A stretch of DNA of 64,000 bases from Eledone cirrhosa (GCA_964016885.1 OZ024740.1:334676001-334740000); one strand, 5' to 3'; counted from the stretch's first letter, positions 13,139 to 27,409 are shown. A program made the numbers and translations. Notes: generated by a model not told the origin, from the sequence alone.

Positions 13139-16100
13139 TCAATAACTATTAACTTCTGTGCGTGTGTATGTACGTGCGCGTATGTTTATGTGTGTGTGCG
13201 TGCGTGCAGCCTTCCATAGAAAGTAAAATCTATCAACATGTGTGAGTGTGTGCGTGTGTAAGTTTGCGTGCGTGTGCGCGATTCCTTGCGTGTATGTGTG
13301 TGGCGTTCCACAATCGCCACGCAGTTTATCTGTATGTGTGCCTATCTGTCAGTATAACATACACAGAGTTGTGAAGGGAGTAAATAGGGACCTTTTTTTA
13401 CATTGACAGACATCTTTTATATTTTTTATTGTGTCATTTTTTGACAATTGCTCGAAAAGAATACTGATAATAAAAGCAATTCGACTTTATCAAACAGTGA
13501 ACTACAGCGGCGATGGCGTGCAGCCAGCAATGAAGAAAAGCGGGCCGAACAGCTCCATCGGAACGCCGAACTTCAGAGGCGAAGACGTGCCGCCATGAAT
13601 GAAGAGGAGCTGGCTGAACACGCCAACGAAACACTGGAGCCAAGCATCAACGGCGTGCTGCGATGATTGAAGACGAACTGGCTGAGCATCATCAGCAGAT
13701 GGCCAGAATTCAGCAGCAACAGCGTGCTGCGATGGATGAAGAGGAGCTGGCTGAACAACGCCAGCGCAATACAGAAGTTCAGAGAATGTGTCGCCAAAGT
13801 GCTTCTTATTCCAGTAAAGAGGCTAAAAGGCGAACGGATGATATTAAAAATGGATCATGGCAACCGTGTCATTTTCAGATTGGTGGACGAGCAGAGTGCC
13901 CACATTGTGGATCATTGCTTTGGAGGCAGGAACAGACGTGGACCCCAATGTGCTGTCATAAAGGAGCAGTTCAACTAGAACAATTGCGAGTGCTGGACGA
14001 TGAGGAGTCACCGGAGTTTAAAATACTAAGTATGTGGGGTGATCAAGGAGACCGAGGTAGATTACTGCGCAAATATTCGCGGCAAATTAACAATTCATTA
14101 GCTTTAGCATCGCAGAGAGTTAGTGAGATGTTTGAGAGTGGGGCATGGCAACCCAATGTAGTCATTCAAGGCCGTTTGTATCATTGTATCGGTAATTTAG
14201 AAGTTACCCCAGGTGAGAGGCCTCGATTCGCTCAAATTTACGTTAACGATCCAGATTATAGTGAATCGGAGGAGGATATCAGGATCGGTTGGATGAAGTT
14301 GCCGGGAAATATAACTGAACTTGAACGGCAAAGGTTAAGTGATTTGATCCGTGATTTGTTATCATGGCTAAGACATCGTAATCCTTATGTTATGGATTTC
14401 ATGTTGGTGGCTGAACTGCAAAATGTTCAGCAGCAAACATTGGTGATTAAGGCTGACGCAGTGCCAAGGAATCAACACGAACGGCGATATAATTCCCCTG
14501 AAGGATTTCGTGAAGTTGCTGTGTTGATGGACGATAAGCCTGGATCGGGAGATATCGTGCTCAATCGCAGAGATGGTGGTCTCAAGACTATCAAGGAGTC
14601 AAATAGGGCATACCATCCATTGCATTATGTTCTTTTATTCCCAAAAGATGAAAATGGATGGAACATGTCTGTTCATTTAGATGCTCATGAGAATCAGCAT
14701 CAACAGAGAGGCGGCGATAGACACAATAATTCGATTCGCGACTTTTACGCGTTCCATTTGAACGAGAGGAATCAACAGAGAAATGCGCTATTTCAAGCTA
14801 GCAGTTTGTTCCAGGAATACTGTTGTATGGCATTCGCAAAGATCGAAAATCAAAGGCTAAATTATATAGCTACACATCAGCAACATATCAGAGCTGAATT
14901 GTATAATAATATACAGGATGCGATAACAGCCGATGATGCCAATTACAAGCAAATTGGTCGACGCATCATTTTGCCATCGTCGTTCATCGGCGGCGCGAGA
15001 TATATGAACATTCGCTATCAGGATGCAATGGCTATTGTCAGAAAGTTTGGAAAGCCGGATTTGTTTATAACGGTTACATGCAATCCTGAATGGACTGATA
15101 TTAAGGATGCACTTTTGCAAGGACAACAGCCAAAGAACAGTCCTGATATTGTGGCAAGAGTATTCAAAGGATATCTGAAAAAGATAATGGATGATGTGGA
15201 AAAGGGGGAATCTTTGGAGGTATAAATATACCTCCAAAGATTTTACATACGTAATTGAATTCCAAAAAAGAGGATTGCCACATGCATATTTGCTGATCAT
15301 TTTACATAGAGATTGCAAATTGAGATGCGCTGAGGATGACGACAGAATTGTGTGTGCTGAACTGCCGGAGAATGAGGCACTAGGCAACTTGGTGGCAAAG
15401 TCAATGGTGCACAACCAATGCGGAGTGGCAAATCGGAAAGCGCCTTGCATGAACAATGGCCAGGGCAGCTTTCCGAAATCTTTTGTCACGAATACTTCCT
15501 GGAACGATGGCGATGCTCATCCCTCATACAGAAGACGGTCGCCTGCAGATGGCGGTTTGGTCGAAAATGTAAACGGTCGACAGGTTACAAATCAATGGGC
15601 TGTGCATACAATCCATATTTGATTATGAAATATCGTTGTCATATTAATATGGAAATTTGTACCTCAGAATATTAATATAGAAATTTGTAGCTTGCAAATA
15701 TCTATTCAAATATGTTTACAAAGTTCATGATCGGGAAATGATCAATATCAGGAATGAGGAAGCGAACCAAGATGAAGTTGGCAGGTTCCAGGATGTTCGC
15801 TCGATTGGATCTAGCGATTCTTGCTGGAGATTGTTCGATTTTGATCTCAATGAACGCAAACCCAGCGTTCAGAAACTGCCGGTTCACTTAGCGAAGAGGC
15901 AAATGGTCTGTTTTCAGGACACTAGTTGAGGTGTCGAAATAATTGCTAACGCACCACCTCCTAAGACGCAATTGACTGAGTGGTTCAAGCATAATAGGGA
16001 ACATGCTTTGAACCCGGATCAAAGGCAACTCTACTGCGATTTCCCTTCGCACTATACGTAGGATAAGAAGGATAAAAATGGAATGATAGAAAACAAAAGT

Positions 16101-18403
16101 TGAGATTCATAACTATTGGAACTATTGGACGGGTTTGTAATGTCCATCCAGAATCTGGTGATGTGTTTTATCTCCGAATTCTGTTGCATAATGATTTTTC
16201 GAGAAGTAAACAGAGCTTCGCTGATTTGAAAACAATCAGTGACATAGAATATGAAACATACCAGGCTGTGTGTCAGCATCTGGGACTCCTTCAGGATGAC
16301 GCTGAATGGAATAACGCCTTGGAAGCTGCTGGAACAACACAGATGCCAGCTCAAATAAGGCAGTTGTTTGTCACGATTCTAGGATTCTGCAATCCTGCCG
16401 ATCCACGAGAATTATTTGAACGCCATTGGGGAATTATGGCTGATGATTTTAGGCATCGTGTTCAGGTCGATGATGAAAATTTGATGAAAGCTATTGTTTT
16501 GCTCAATAGTGAGCAACTGCTTGAAGTTCATTTCAAATGTTTAACAGATTTCAATTTGCCAATTCCTGATGAAGAAATGCGGCAACGTGTCTTAGCATTG
16601 AACATGCGATTGCAGCTTATACGGTTGCCACTCGATCGGAGGGAATTATTCCAGTTTGATCGGCTGGAACAGCAACGTATTGTGGATGAAGGTATGCCAA
16701 TGTTGACCCAATCTCAGAGAGAATTGGTCAATGGCGTTCTCCAGTCGATTTCCACTAATGAGCAACTTTGTGCTTTCATAGATACTCCAGGAGGCACCAG
16801 AAAGACATTCTGTTTCAACACTATGTTATCGGCAGTCAGAGCTCAGAGGAAGATATTGCTCTCCCTGTGGCCACCAGTGGGATTGCTGCGACTTTGCTGA
16901 GTGGTGGAAGGACCTTCCACTAATGCTGCAAGGCTCCATTGGCTCCGGATGAGTTGAGTGTCTGTAACATTACAGGACAAAGTGAACTCGCGGGCCTTAT
17001 ACGCAATACATCTCTGATTATTTGGGACGAGGCTTCAATGGCACAAATATATTTGCTGGAGGCATTGGACATAACTTCGAGAGATATATGCGGTAGTGAC
17101 TTGCCATTCGGTGGTAAGACTATCGTTCTTGGTGGCGATTTCAGACAGGTGCTACCAATTGTTAGGAATGCTCAAAGAGCGCAAATTGTCGATGCATATC
17201 TGAAAAAGTCCACGCTGTGGGGCCATTTCAAAGTTTTGCGATTACACGATAATATACGACTTCGTATGTTCGGGAAAAACGAAGGGGCTGAGACATACGG
17301 CTGATGGTTGATGCAGTTGGGAAACGATGAATTGCCACACATTGGTGATAATCAGACTGTAAGAATACCAGACCATTTGGTCGTGCCACTGGACCGCCAA
17401 GCATTGATTGACTGGGTGTTCCCTAATTTGAATGCCTTTTGGAAGAATATCTCCTGGATATCGGAACGCGTTATTCTAACTCATACGAATGCAACGGTCG
17501 ATGAAATAAATTCACAAGTAGCCGGAATGGTAGTCCTGGAGAGGAATGGTTGACCGTTAGTGCGGATGCAATGGAGCCTAATCAGCAGAACAATATCTGA
17601 ATTCACTTCAAATACCCGGATTTCCCCCACATATTTTGAGGTTGAAAAAGGGTATGCCGATTATATTGCTTAGAAATATCAATCATGAAATGGGTCTTTG
17701 CAATGGTACCAGATTGATTGTTGAGAGATTGATTAACGGAAGAGTTTTAGAAGCTAAACTCCCAGGCAGAGAGGAATCGGTTCTCATTCCGAGGATCATG
17801 CTGTGACCAAGTGAAGATCTGCTGCCATTCATTTGGCAAAGGGGACAGTTTCCCGTCAATTTGGCCTTCTCCATGACTTTCAACAAGTCACAGGGACAGA
17901 CTTTCAAGCGAGTCGGTGTCTACTTGAATGAACCAGCATTCAGCCATGGACAACTGTATGTTGCTGCATCTCGAGTGTGCGATCCTGATAGTATAACATT
18001 TGCAATTGATACCACTAACAGAGGAACAGGCCTAAATATTTTCTATAATGAAGCTTTGAGCTAATGTATGCATATATTTAATGCTATCAATAAGCGACAT
18101 AAATGATTCGCACATTGGTGTCCTTTGATCAGTATTGTGAGCTTTGACAGAGTTATCATTTAGGTTCAATGTCATTTAATGTTGTTTTGAGCAATAAAAA
18201 CAAACAAGTATTGGTAACAATTGCTTTCACTGCTATGTTGCGCAATAAATACCAACACGCATTAAGAACCTGACTTAGGAATCTAGATGTTAACATATAT
18301 CTGCGGAGCTTCCGATACCAGAATCAGGTTCGATCATTAATCGATTGTTCCTCGAGCTGATCGACAGAGAAACGTATGTAATATGTATATGGTGCAACAC
18401 TAA
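13139..18403 (+). mobile_element. Helitron (decayed autonomous copy)
   Basis: Rep/PIF1 coding region; candidate ends A|TC at 13139 and CTAA|T at 18400-18403 are tentative. Confidence 0.85.
13448..18064 (+). pseudogene. Helitron Rep (HUH)/PIF1 helicase, frameshifted
   Basis: CPHC..CC Zn finger, PDLFITVTCNPEW, EFQKRGLPHAY, KYLFKYVYK, Walker A PGGTRKT, DEASM, GGDFRQVLP, TFNKSQGQT, FSHGQLYVAASR. Confidence 0.95.
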
Positions 18404-18529
18404 TTCTTTGTTCCCTTATATATTACTATTCTCTCTCTATATATATATATTTATATATGTATATATATATATATTTCGTTTCTGAATTTGTTTAGCAATA
18501 TTCTTTATCTGAAAACGTGTGTTGAAACC

Positions 18530-21145
18530 GATATTGTTATGCTTTGGGAGGGTCATGTTGTCAATAAGAAACACACGCACCAGTTGCTTTCACTCCAATT
18601 TATTATAAGTTAAATTTATAAATTTAAGAATTTATAAATTTCCGGTTGGTTGGTTGGTTGGTTCCACAACCGGACGGTTATTCATATATTGTCAAAGTTC
18701 TTTCGTAACACATTCTGAGACCTCTTCAGTGACTGGGGATTATTTTCTTTGTTTTTGTGCCTCTCCTTTGTTCTGTCCTACGCCATCTTCTTTGTGTGTG
18801 TGTTGTGTGCTTAGTTTGCGCATTTTTTACATCCGGGTGTCTGTGTGTGTTCATATTTGTTTATTTATTTGTTTATTTACATGTTACTGGTTGGTTGTTT
18901 GTTCTATGTGTGTGTGTGTTTTCATTTTGTCCTTAATTGTAAGTTGTGATGTTGCGATTCCATTCATGTTTTCTATTTAATTTTTGTTGGAGTTCATTTA
19001 TGTTTATTGCCTCTGTGATTTGTCTAAACATTGCGTCTTTTCTGTGTGTAGATTCTATTTTTATTTCTATGTTCTTTAATTTACCCTTATGTTCTATTTT
19101 AGCATGTTGGTAGAGTACAGATGATTCTTTACTATCTTGAAGTTCTCGCCAGTGTTCATTTATCCGTTCTCCTATACTACGAGCTGTCTCACCTATGTAC
19201 ACTGTATTCTTATCTCTACATTGTCCTTCATTACATCTTATGCTATATACATTTCTAGTTTTACGGTTAATATGAGGGCTTAGTTTACAGATTCTTATCT
19301 ATACAGGGAGGTCTTTGAAAAGGGTATGTATTGCTAATAACTCTTTTTATGGAGGTACCTGGTATTTCTACTATCTTAATATTGAGTTTATGTTTATCTA
19401 GGGCCCTTCTCAATTTGTAAGCTAATTCACCTCTAGGGGTTGTATTGATGAACATTACACTCTGGTCTTTATTGCTATCATACAATGGGTTTATTCTATT
19501 AACCTTATTCCTCGTTCTTTCTATTCTATTCCAAAATTTGCTCCTATACAAGGGGCAGGTCCGATTTGTATCATATTTACCATTTTTCCCCATTTGATTC
19601 TGGCTCCTCTATATACTCTGATTTTATCTCTCTGATTGTAACCAGAGAACTGCATACGGTGGATGAAGTGTTGTATGTGTCTCTCAAGTTATTTAGGGTT
19701 GCACATGCTGAACACGTTTCTCATCTCCCGTACCAAATCCGCAATCAATATGTTGATTTTAGTTTGGTCCGAAACAGCTGGGTTTCGGTGGATCAGATAT
19801 TTGGAAGTCATGGGTTTGGCATAATGGGAATGTAGGATTATGCCAAACCCATGACTTCCAAATATCTGATCCACCGAAACTCAGCTGTTTCGGACCACAC
19901 CAAAATCAACATACTGATTGCGGATATGGTACGGGTGATGAGAAACGTGTCCCACATGTGCAACCCCAAAGAACTAGAGAGACATATACAACACTTCATC
20001 CACCGTATGCAGTTCTCTGGTTACAATTAGAGAGATAAAATCAGATTATATAGAGGAGCCAGAACCAAATGAGAAAAAAAGGTAAATAATAATACAAATG
20101 GGACTTGCCCCTTGTATAGGAGCAAATTTTGAAATAGAATAGAAAGAACTAGGAATAAGGTTAATAGAATAAATTCATGGTATGATAGCAATAAATACCA
20201 GAGTGTAATGTTCATCAATACAACCCCTAGAGGTGAATTAGCTTACAAATTGAGAAGGACCCTAGATAAACATAAACTCAATATTAAGATAGTAGAAAGA
20301 CCAGGTACCTCCATAAAAACACATATTAGCAATACATACCCTTTTCAAAGACCTCCCTCTATAGATAAGAAATGTATAATCTGTAAACTAAGCCCCATAT
20401 TAACTGTAAAACTAGACTAGAAATGTAGTATATAGCATAAGATATTCTGAAGGACAATGTAGAGATAAGAATATAGTGTACGTAGGTGAGACAGCTCGTA
20501 GTATAGGAGAACGGATAAATGAACACCTACGAGAGCTTCAAGATAGTAAAGAATCATAATGTACTCCACCAACATGCTAAAATAGAACATAAGGGTAAAT
20601 TAAAGAACATAGAAATAAAAATAGAATCTACACACAGAAAAGACGCAATTTTTAGACAAATTACAGAGAAAATAAACATAAATGAACTCCAACAAAACTT
20701 AAATAGAAAACATGAATGGAATAGCAACATAACAACTTACAATTAAGGACAAAATGAAAACACACACACACATAGAACAAAAACCTAACCAGTAACATGT
20801 AAATAAACAAATAAATAAACAAATATAAACACACACAGACACCCAGATGCAACACATGCGCAAACTGAGCACACAACACACACAACAACAAGATGGCGTA
20901 GGACAGGACAAAGGAGAGGCACACAAACAACGAAAAGAATACCCAGTCACTGAAGAGGTCACAAAATGTGTGACGAAAGAACTTTGACAATATATTAACA
21001 ATCGTCTGGTTGTTGAAACCATCCAACCAACCGGATATTTATAAATTCTTAAATTTATTAATTTAATTTATAATAAATCGGAGTGAAAGCAACTGGTGTG
21101 GTGTTTTCTGATTGGCAACATGACCCTTCCAAAGCATAACAATAT
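18530..21145. mobile_element. Head-to-head inverted pair of 5'-truncated PLE copies (~1.3-kb arms)
   Basis: Arms meet at an 11-nt spacer (19826-19836); both encode HYAKPMTS..PLYRSK..TPRGEL..YIGETARSIGER and end in the same pLTR. Confidence 0.9.
20946..20988 (+). ncRNA. Hammerhead-like motif (inverted copy at 18691-18733)
   Basis: GTCA CTGAAGA g GTCACA-aaatg-TGTGAC GAAA GAAC TT TGAC; one extra G before stem II. Confidence 0.6.
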
Positions 21146-21161
21146 ATATATATATATATAT

Positions 21162-21216
<55 letters not shown>

Positions 21217-21382
21217 CATACATATACATATATGAGATGTTCCTTCAGAAGCTGATTTAACTCACAGCGATGTTGCATATTTATAATGTACAATTGTTGC
21301 ATACGGATCAGCGAAACTGTAGTCTGTGTTTGAAAAAAATAGGTATATATCTGTGTCTATTATTTCCTCTTATATTATAATT

Positions 21383-21414
<32 letters not shown>

Positions 21415-21419
<5 letters not shown>

Positions 21420-22305
21420 TATGTACACGTACATACATATATGTATACCGACGTACAGTAGTATGTATATATATATATACATACATGCACACATATATAT
21501 ATGCACGTATGGATTCACAGAATATTTATTATAATGCTCGGTGTGTTTGTAAACAAACATCCCGTATTAAGCCGTAGTGTCTAGCAACGACCGTTGCTCG
21601 TTTGTTCAACACTGACAAAGGAACGCTGTACTAGTTTCAAGCTTGTTAGCTATCGTCAGCAACGTATACCTTCCTGCCAGATTGTTGAACGTATATACTT
21701 ACCTTATGCATATTAACGGCTGAGTAGCCCAATTTGCATATCGAGTGGGTTAATCGGCCGGGTACACCGAAAACGATAAACGGAAAAAATGAAACGATAT
21801 TTCATTTCCCACTCTTAGTACGGCTGTTACTTAAATATAAGTATGTACACGTACATACATATATGTATACCGACGTACAGTAGTATGTATATATATATAT
21901 ATACATACATGCACACATATATATATGCACGTATGGGCTACTCAGCCGTTAATATGCATAAGGTAAGTATATACGTTCAACAATCTGGCAGGAAGGTATA
22001 CGTTGCTGACGATAGCTAACAAGCTTGAAACTAGTACAGCGTTCCTTTGTCAGTGTTGAACAAACGAGCAACGGTCGTTGCTAGACACTACGGCTTAATA
22101 CGGGATGTTTGTTTACAAACACACCGAGCATTATAATAAATATTCTGTGAATCCATACGTGCATATATATATGTGTGCATGTATGTATATATATATATAC
22201 ATACTACTGTACGTCGGTATACATATATGTATGTACGTGTACATACTTATATTTAAGTAACAGCCGTACTAAGAGTGGGAAATGAAATATCGTTTCATTT
22301 TTTCC

Positions 22306-22310
<5 letters not shown>
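21415..22310. mobile_element. ORF-less 422-bp HHR unit, tandem on - strand plus permuted inverted copy
   Basis: AAGTATGTACACG at 21417 and 21839 (period 422); 21935-22310 is the reverse complement of 21730->21415 continuing into 21835->21777. Confidence 0.8.
22000..22042 (+). ncRNA. Minimal type I hammerhead ribozyme (inverted copy at 21623-21665)
   Basis: ACGTTG CTGACGA tAGCT-aaca-AGCTt GAAA CTAG TA CAGCGT. Confidence 0.85.
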
Positions 22311-22343
<33 letters not shown>

Positions 22344-22387
22344 AGGAAGTTATAGTTCACTTGAAGCATTGTGTAATGAGGTATAAT

Positions 22388-22835
22388 CGTTTGTATTTGT
22401 AAAGCCAAAACAATGCAGGTATGGACATAGAATATAAATGCAAATGCAAAAGATATTGTTGACAATTAGTCTTTTACCTTAAATGTATTTAAATGTCCTT
22501 AATTTTCAAGATAATATCTTCTTCGGGGGGAAGTAAAGCGGTTAAATCAGTGTTCTAAATAGATTGCCAAGTCATACTGACAGGAAATGTTATAGAGTAT
22601 CTGTTCGTGCTCTAATGTCAAAGAGTTAAGGTTAGGTGGATAGAGAGTAGTCTCCTTTTAAAAGGTGTTTTGTACATGTATGTGTAAGTGTGTGGGAGAA
22701 TACGTGAAGGTGTAAGTATGTGTGTGTGTGAGAAGATATGTCTATACGTAGATGTGGGGGATAGATGCTCTCTTGTGTTAGAACTGGTCTTTGTGTGTGT
22801 ATGTGTATGTGTGAGAGAGAATAAGTGGAGGTGTA

Positions 22836-22886
<51 letters not shown>

Positions 22887-23187
22887 ATGTGGGAGGGGGG
22901 GGGGGTATGTATGGGGCTAGATACTCTATCAAGTTATAAATTGGGTGTTGAGTTCTAGTCTATTATTGATTGGTGGTTGCGTTTTGTCTATAATTAGTGC
23001 TTCCTTAATTCTAAGATTGCCGAGGTTTCTTTCCTTAGTTTCTATCCTAACTGTTATGGTTTTATCTCGAAAATTAAGGACATTTAAATAAATTTAAGGT
23101 AAAAGACTAATTGTCAACAATATATTTTGCATTTGGATTTATATTCTATGTCCATACCTGCATTGTTTTGGCTTTACAAATACAAAC

Positions 23188-23188
<1 letters not shown>
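22388..23188. mobile_element. Probable pLTR remnant with terminal inverted ~125-bp copy
   Basis: 22388-22513 is the reverse complement of ~23063-23188; degenerate CCGAAGA..GAAA motif on - strand near 22496-22530. Confidence 0.55.
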
Positions 23189-23232
<44 letters not shown>

Positions 23233-23233
<1 letters not shown>

Positions 23234-23430
23234 CGAAGGAAGTGTGTTAAGTAACCAGCTGGAACAAAACGCACCAAAATACTCGATACTACGTAGGAGA
23301 GTTGGTAATAGTAAAAGAGTCAGGACCCCGACGGCTGATATCCGGCCGTTTCGATAGCTATGTCTGAACGCAAACTTAGCTGTCGAAGCAGCCGCAGCTC
23401 AGCCGTCGGGGTCCTGCTGACTATTTTCCT
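23233..23430. mobile_element. Short inverted fragments of the GUC-HHR pLTR family
   Basis: Similar to 29735-29932, 38013-38122, 50020-50152 and 57109-57216. Confidence 0.7.
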
Positions 23431-23446
23431 ATATATATTTATATAT

Positions 23447-24960
23447 ATGGAGAAAAAGTTTATGAAACGGAAATGCGGGTATAAAGAATTTATTAGGGAA
23501 CAATTGTTTCTATAGTGTATGGGTTACCTATACCTCGCTATTTGAATAATATAAAAATATTATCATAAATCGTAGGTACACTGTAAGAAAACACACTAAG
23601 ATTATCTCACAATTCTATACACTAATCAATAAACACTTTACAACTTCACATAAATACTATAAAATCTTAAACTCGCGCACCATTAGACTCTCATACTCCA
23701 CTGAACAACTAATTAAAAAACTCAACTCAACAATACTAAATAAGTACATCCCTAATGACACAGCGCACCAGCATAGCAACATACAACGCATTAACACGCA
23801 TCTACAACCCCACCTAACTATCCAGGATACTACTGCAAAACATAAAAATAACTGTAAATGCACCAAACCAGGTACGTGCCCACTGAATAACCAGTGCCTA
23901 GCACGCAATATTGTCTACCGATGTACAATAAATTCCGGAACCAACACATGGTATTACGTCGGATGTACCGCAACATCTTTCAAAGCTCGCCTATACCAAC
24001 ATCGATCTTCGATCAGGCATGAGAAAATGCGCTCCGTAACAACCCTCGCCGATAAAACCTGGCAGCTTCGGAGGAACAATCAAGCATTCTCCCTTGATTG
24101 GCAAATTATTACACTTGCGCCTGCATATAAGCAAAATCATCGATTCTGTAAATTATGCAATATGGAGATATACTGCATCTTAACGTCGGAAAACAAACTT
24201 TTGAACAGCAAAATTGAACGTTCACTTTACTGTAACCATCGTTTGAAAACGACTTTTTCTTTTTTTAAATGCATGTAATGTCACCTTTTTACACCACAGT
24301 TTGCAAATTTCTGTTTTATATGTTTATACACACGATATGGCTTTCTATAATAATAGTACTAAACACTGTTTTTGGACCCCTTTATAAATAATCTGCTACT
24401 ATAATAGCCCCAATAACTTGTCTGTAACTCTATACCACTTTAACCCCTTTAACTAAATTTTGTCCAAACAACACCACTAGAAGAATTTACTTCTCCCGCC
24501 AACCCTTACACGACTCATTAAGCTAACTGGTGCCAAGGCATTCTCTCCTTACAATCTCTACTACTCTGACAGTCTTAAATCCTAAGACTCCCTCCCCCTT
24601 ACTCGCTTCCCTCTTCCCCTTCCCTTCCTACCTCCTTCTTTATCTTATATCGAGTGTATAAAATATTTTCATATCATTCTACTACAAAGGTCTGATGACA
24701 TGGTGTGTTTTCTTACCGTGTACCTACGATTTATGATAATATATTTATATTATTCAAATAGCGAGGTATAGGTAACCCATACAATATAGAAACAATTGCT
24801 ACCTAATAAATTCTTTATACCCGCATTTCCGTTTCATAAACTTCTTCTCCATATTTTCTCCGGATTTTAAAACACACTTTATTATACGTTGAGCAATCTC
24901 CGACGTCGGTTGACTCCATCCAATGCGACTACTTATTAACATTGGAATACAAATTTATTA
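23447..24960 (+). mobile_element. 5'-truncated Hydra-like PLE with inverted pLTR; GIY-YIG remnant ~23597-24278
   Basis: CKCTKPGTCPLNNQC, NIVY..YVG, CKLC..E, LLNSKIE..CNH; 23447-23596 is the reverse complement of ~24705-24853. Confidence 0.88.
24688..24804 (+). ncRNA. Hammerhead motif with ~90-nt stem II, U16.1 mutated in this copy
   Basis: AGGT CTGATGA .. GAAA CAATTG CT ACCT; the inverted partial copy reads GAAA CAATTG TT. Confidence 0.55.
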
Positions 24961-26302
24961 ATTATATATATATATATAATTAATAAATCTTGATAAATTC
25001 CGTAAAGATTTAATTAGTACCTTTGCTAATCTTAACCTTAAAATTACTATAGATACGAACCTTACTAATGCTAACTTTCTTGATATTAATCTTGATCTAC
25101 TTACTGACTCTTTTAAACCCTATCATAAACCTAATGAAAATCTTAGGTATATACACAAAGAGTCTTGCCATCCCCCTATAGTTTTTAATAATCTTATTCC
25201 TAACATTAGCCATAGGATTTCTACCTTATCTTCGTCTATAGACATTTTTAATAAAGCCGCCCCTTATTATAATAAAGCCCTTAAGAACAGCGGTTTTACA
25301 GAAAATATTTCTTATTTACCTACTCCCCCCCCCTAAAACTAACCATAATAACAGGAAAAGGAAGATTATTTGGTTCACACCCCTCTTCTCTCTAAATGTC
25401 AAAACTAATGTAGGAAGGAAATTCCTTGAACTATTAGACAAACATTTTCCTCCTATTCATAGATATTATAAGATTTTTAATAGGAATGTAGTTAAGATCA
25501 GCTACTCTTGTTGCCCATCCATGAAGTCCAAAATCACCAGTTCAAACCGTACGAGGATAAATCCAGGATGCAGTTGCAGGAAGCCGGATGAATGCCCATT
25601 GCAGGGTAAATGTAACACAAAATATGTCGTTTATGAGGCTAAGATAACGCCAGTTATCAACAACCAGCCAGCCAGAAGTGAGCGATATGTCGGTATGACC
25701 CAGGACAGGTTTAAAACCAGATTTTACTCACATGTCGCTTCTTTTAAACACTCAGATAAACGAACATCAACGGCCCTCGCAAGTAAGGTATGGGATCTCA
25801 AGGATAGTAATATCCCGTACTCTATTGATTGGTCTATATTAGACCATTCGAGGGAGTACCAAAGGGGCACAAAGAATTGTTCTTTGTGTACCACAGAAAA
25901 GTATAGGATTTTGCTAAACTTGAGAGCCACTTCCGCTTGCCTTAACTCAAAGACTGAGATCTTCAGATGCTGTCCTCATCTGAAATCGCATCTGATCTGT
26001 AACTGGATTGACACTCCTACGATAAATCAACCGCCTTGAACTCCTTCTCTGCTCTTTACTTTTGCTACGGTTTTTATTTTGCTGATTCTACCTTCTGTAC
26101 TCTTGTATATTTAAAAAATGTTTTCTCCCTTACCTCCCCTTATATTTTTACCTCCTCTTAGCCCCCCCCCCCATATATTCTTTTTGTTTTGCCCTTCACA
26201 TACCTATGTGTATGTGTATGTATTTTTGTGTGTATATATATGTGAGTATATATGTATATATGTACGTATATGTTTGTGTGTATATATATATATATATATA
26301 TT

Positions 26303-26350
<48 letters not shown>

Positions 26351-26430
26351 TGTGTGCGTGTCTGTATGTGTGTATATAATTGTATATTTGTGTGTGTATA
26401 TGTATGTATATGTGGATAAACCAGGCTTTT

Positions 26431-26489
26431 TTTCATTCTGAAGATTGAAGGAAACTTTTTTTGCTTTTAAGAAACCTCTGGTGAATGGA
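26431..26489 (+). ncRNA. Hammerhead copy with G17 (predicted non-cleaving)
   Basis: TTTCATT CTGAAGA TTGAAG..CTTTTAA GAAA CCTCTGG TG AATGGA. Confidence 0.65.
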
Positions 26490-26645
26490 TTAATTGCCTT
26501 GTATGGTTTTATTACTTTACTACTATATATACGTTTATGTAAGGTTCATTTGTCTTATCTAATACTGAGCTTTACACATACACACATGTATATATGTGTG
26601 TGTATATGTGTATGCATGTGTGTATGTGTACGTGTATGTGTGTAT

Positions 26646-26705
<60 letters not shown>

Positions 26706-26965
26706 GTATGTATGTATATGTGTATATATATATATGTGTATATGTATGTGTATGTATGTATATGTGTGCGTGTGTATTTATTTATTATTATGTATGTGTG
26801 AGTGTGTGTGTGGATGTGTGCGTGTATGTGTGTGTGTGTTTGTATTTGGTTGTGCGTTCTTTTGATATATACGTATTTGCATGTGTATAATTGTTTAGCT
26901 ATGTATGTATATGTGTGTTTCCGTATTTATATATGTGTGTGTGCGTTTATATTTTTATATTTTTG

Positions 26966-27020
<55 letters not shown>

Positions 27021-27378
27021 ATAATTACATATACATGTGTGTGTTTATATTATATACGTGTACGTGTTTGTGTATGTATGTGTATGTACGTGTTTATGTA
27101 TTTGTATATGTATATTTATGTGTGAGAGTGTGTGTATGTGTTTACTATTTCGTACGTATGTATATGTGCTTTTGCGTGTATTACTTACCACGCGTGTCTG
27201 TCCTGTTAGCTGGGGCATGTATCGCTGTCAAAAATTTGTTAATATATATTTATATATTTTTTTCTTATATTTATTTGCGTGTGTGAATATGTAGTGGAGT
27301 GCATTCATGTATGTGTATGTATGTACGTTGTATGTTTGTGTGAATGTATGTATGTGTGTATATATATGTGTGTGTGTA

Positions 27379-27409
<31 letters not shown>

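Noticed and set aside
21732-21739. Octamer motif ATTTGCAT in the 422-bp unit
   Set aside because: A single 8-mer in AT-rich DNA with no supporting promoter elements.
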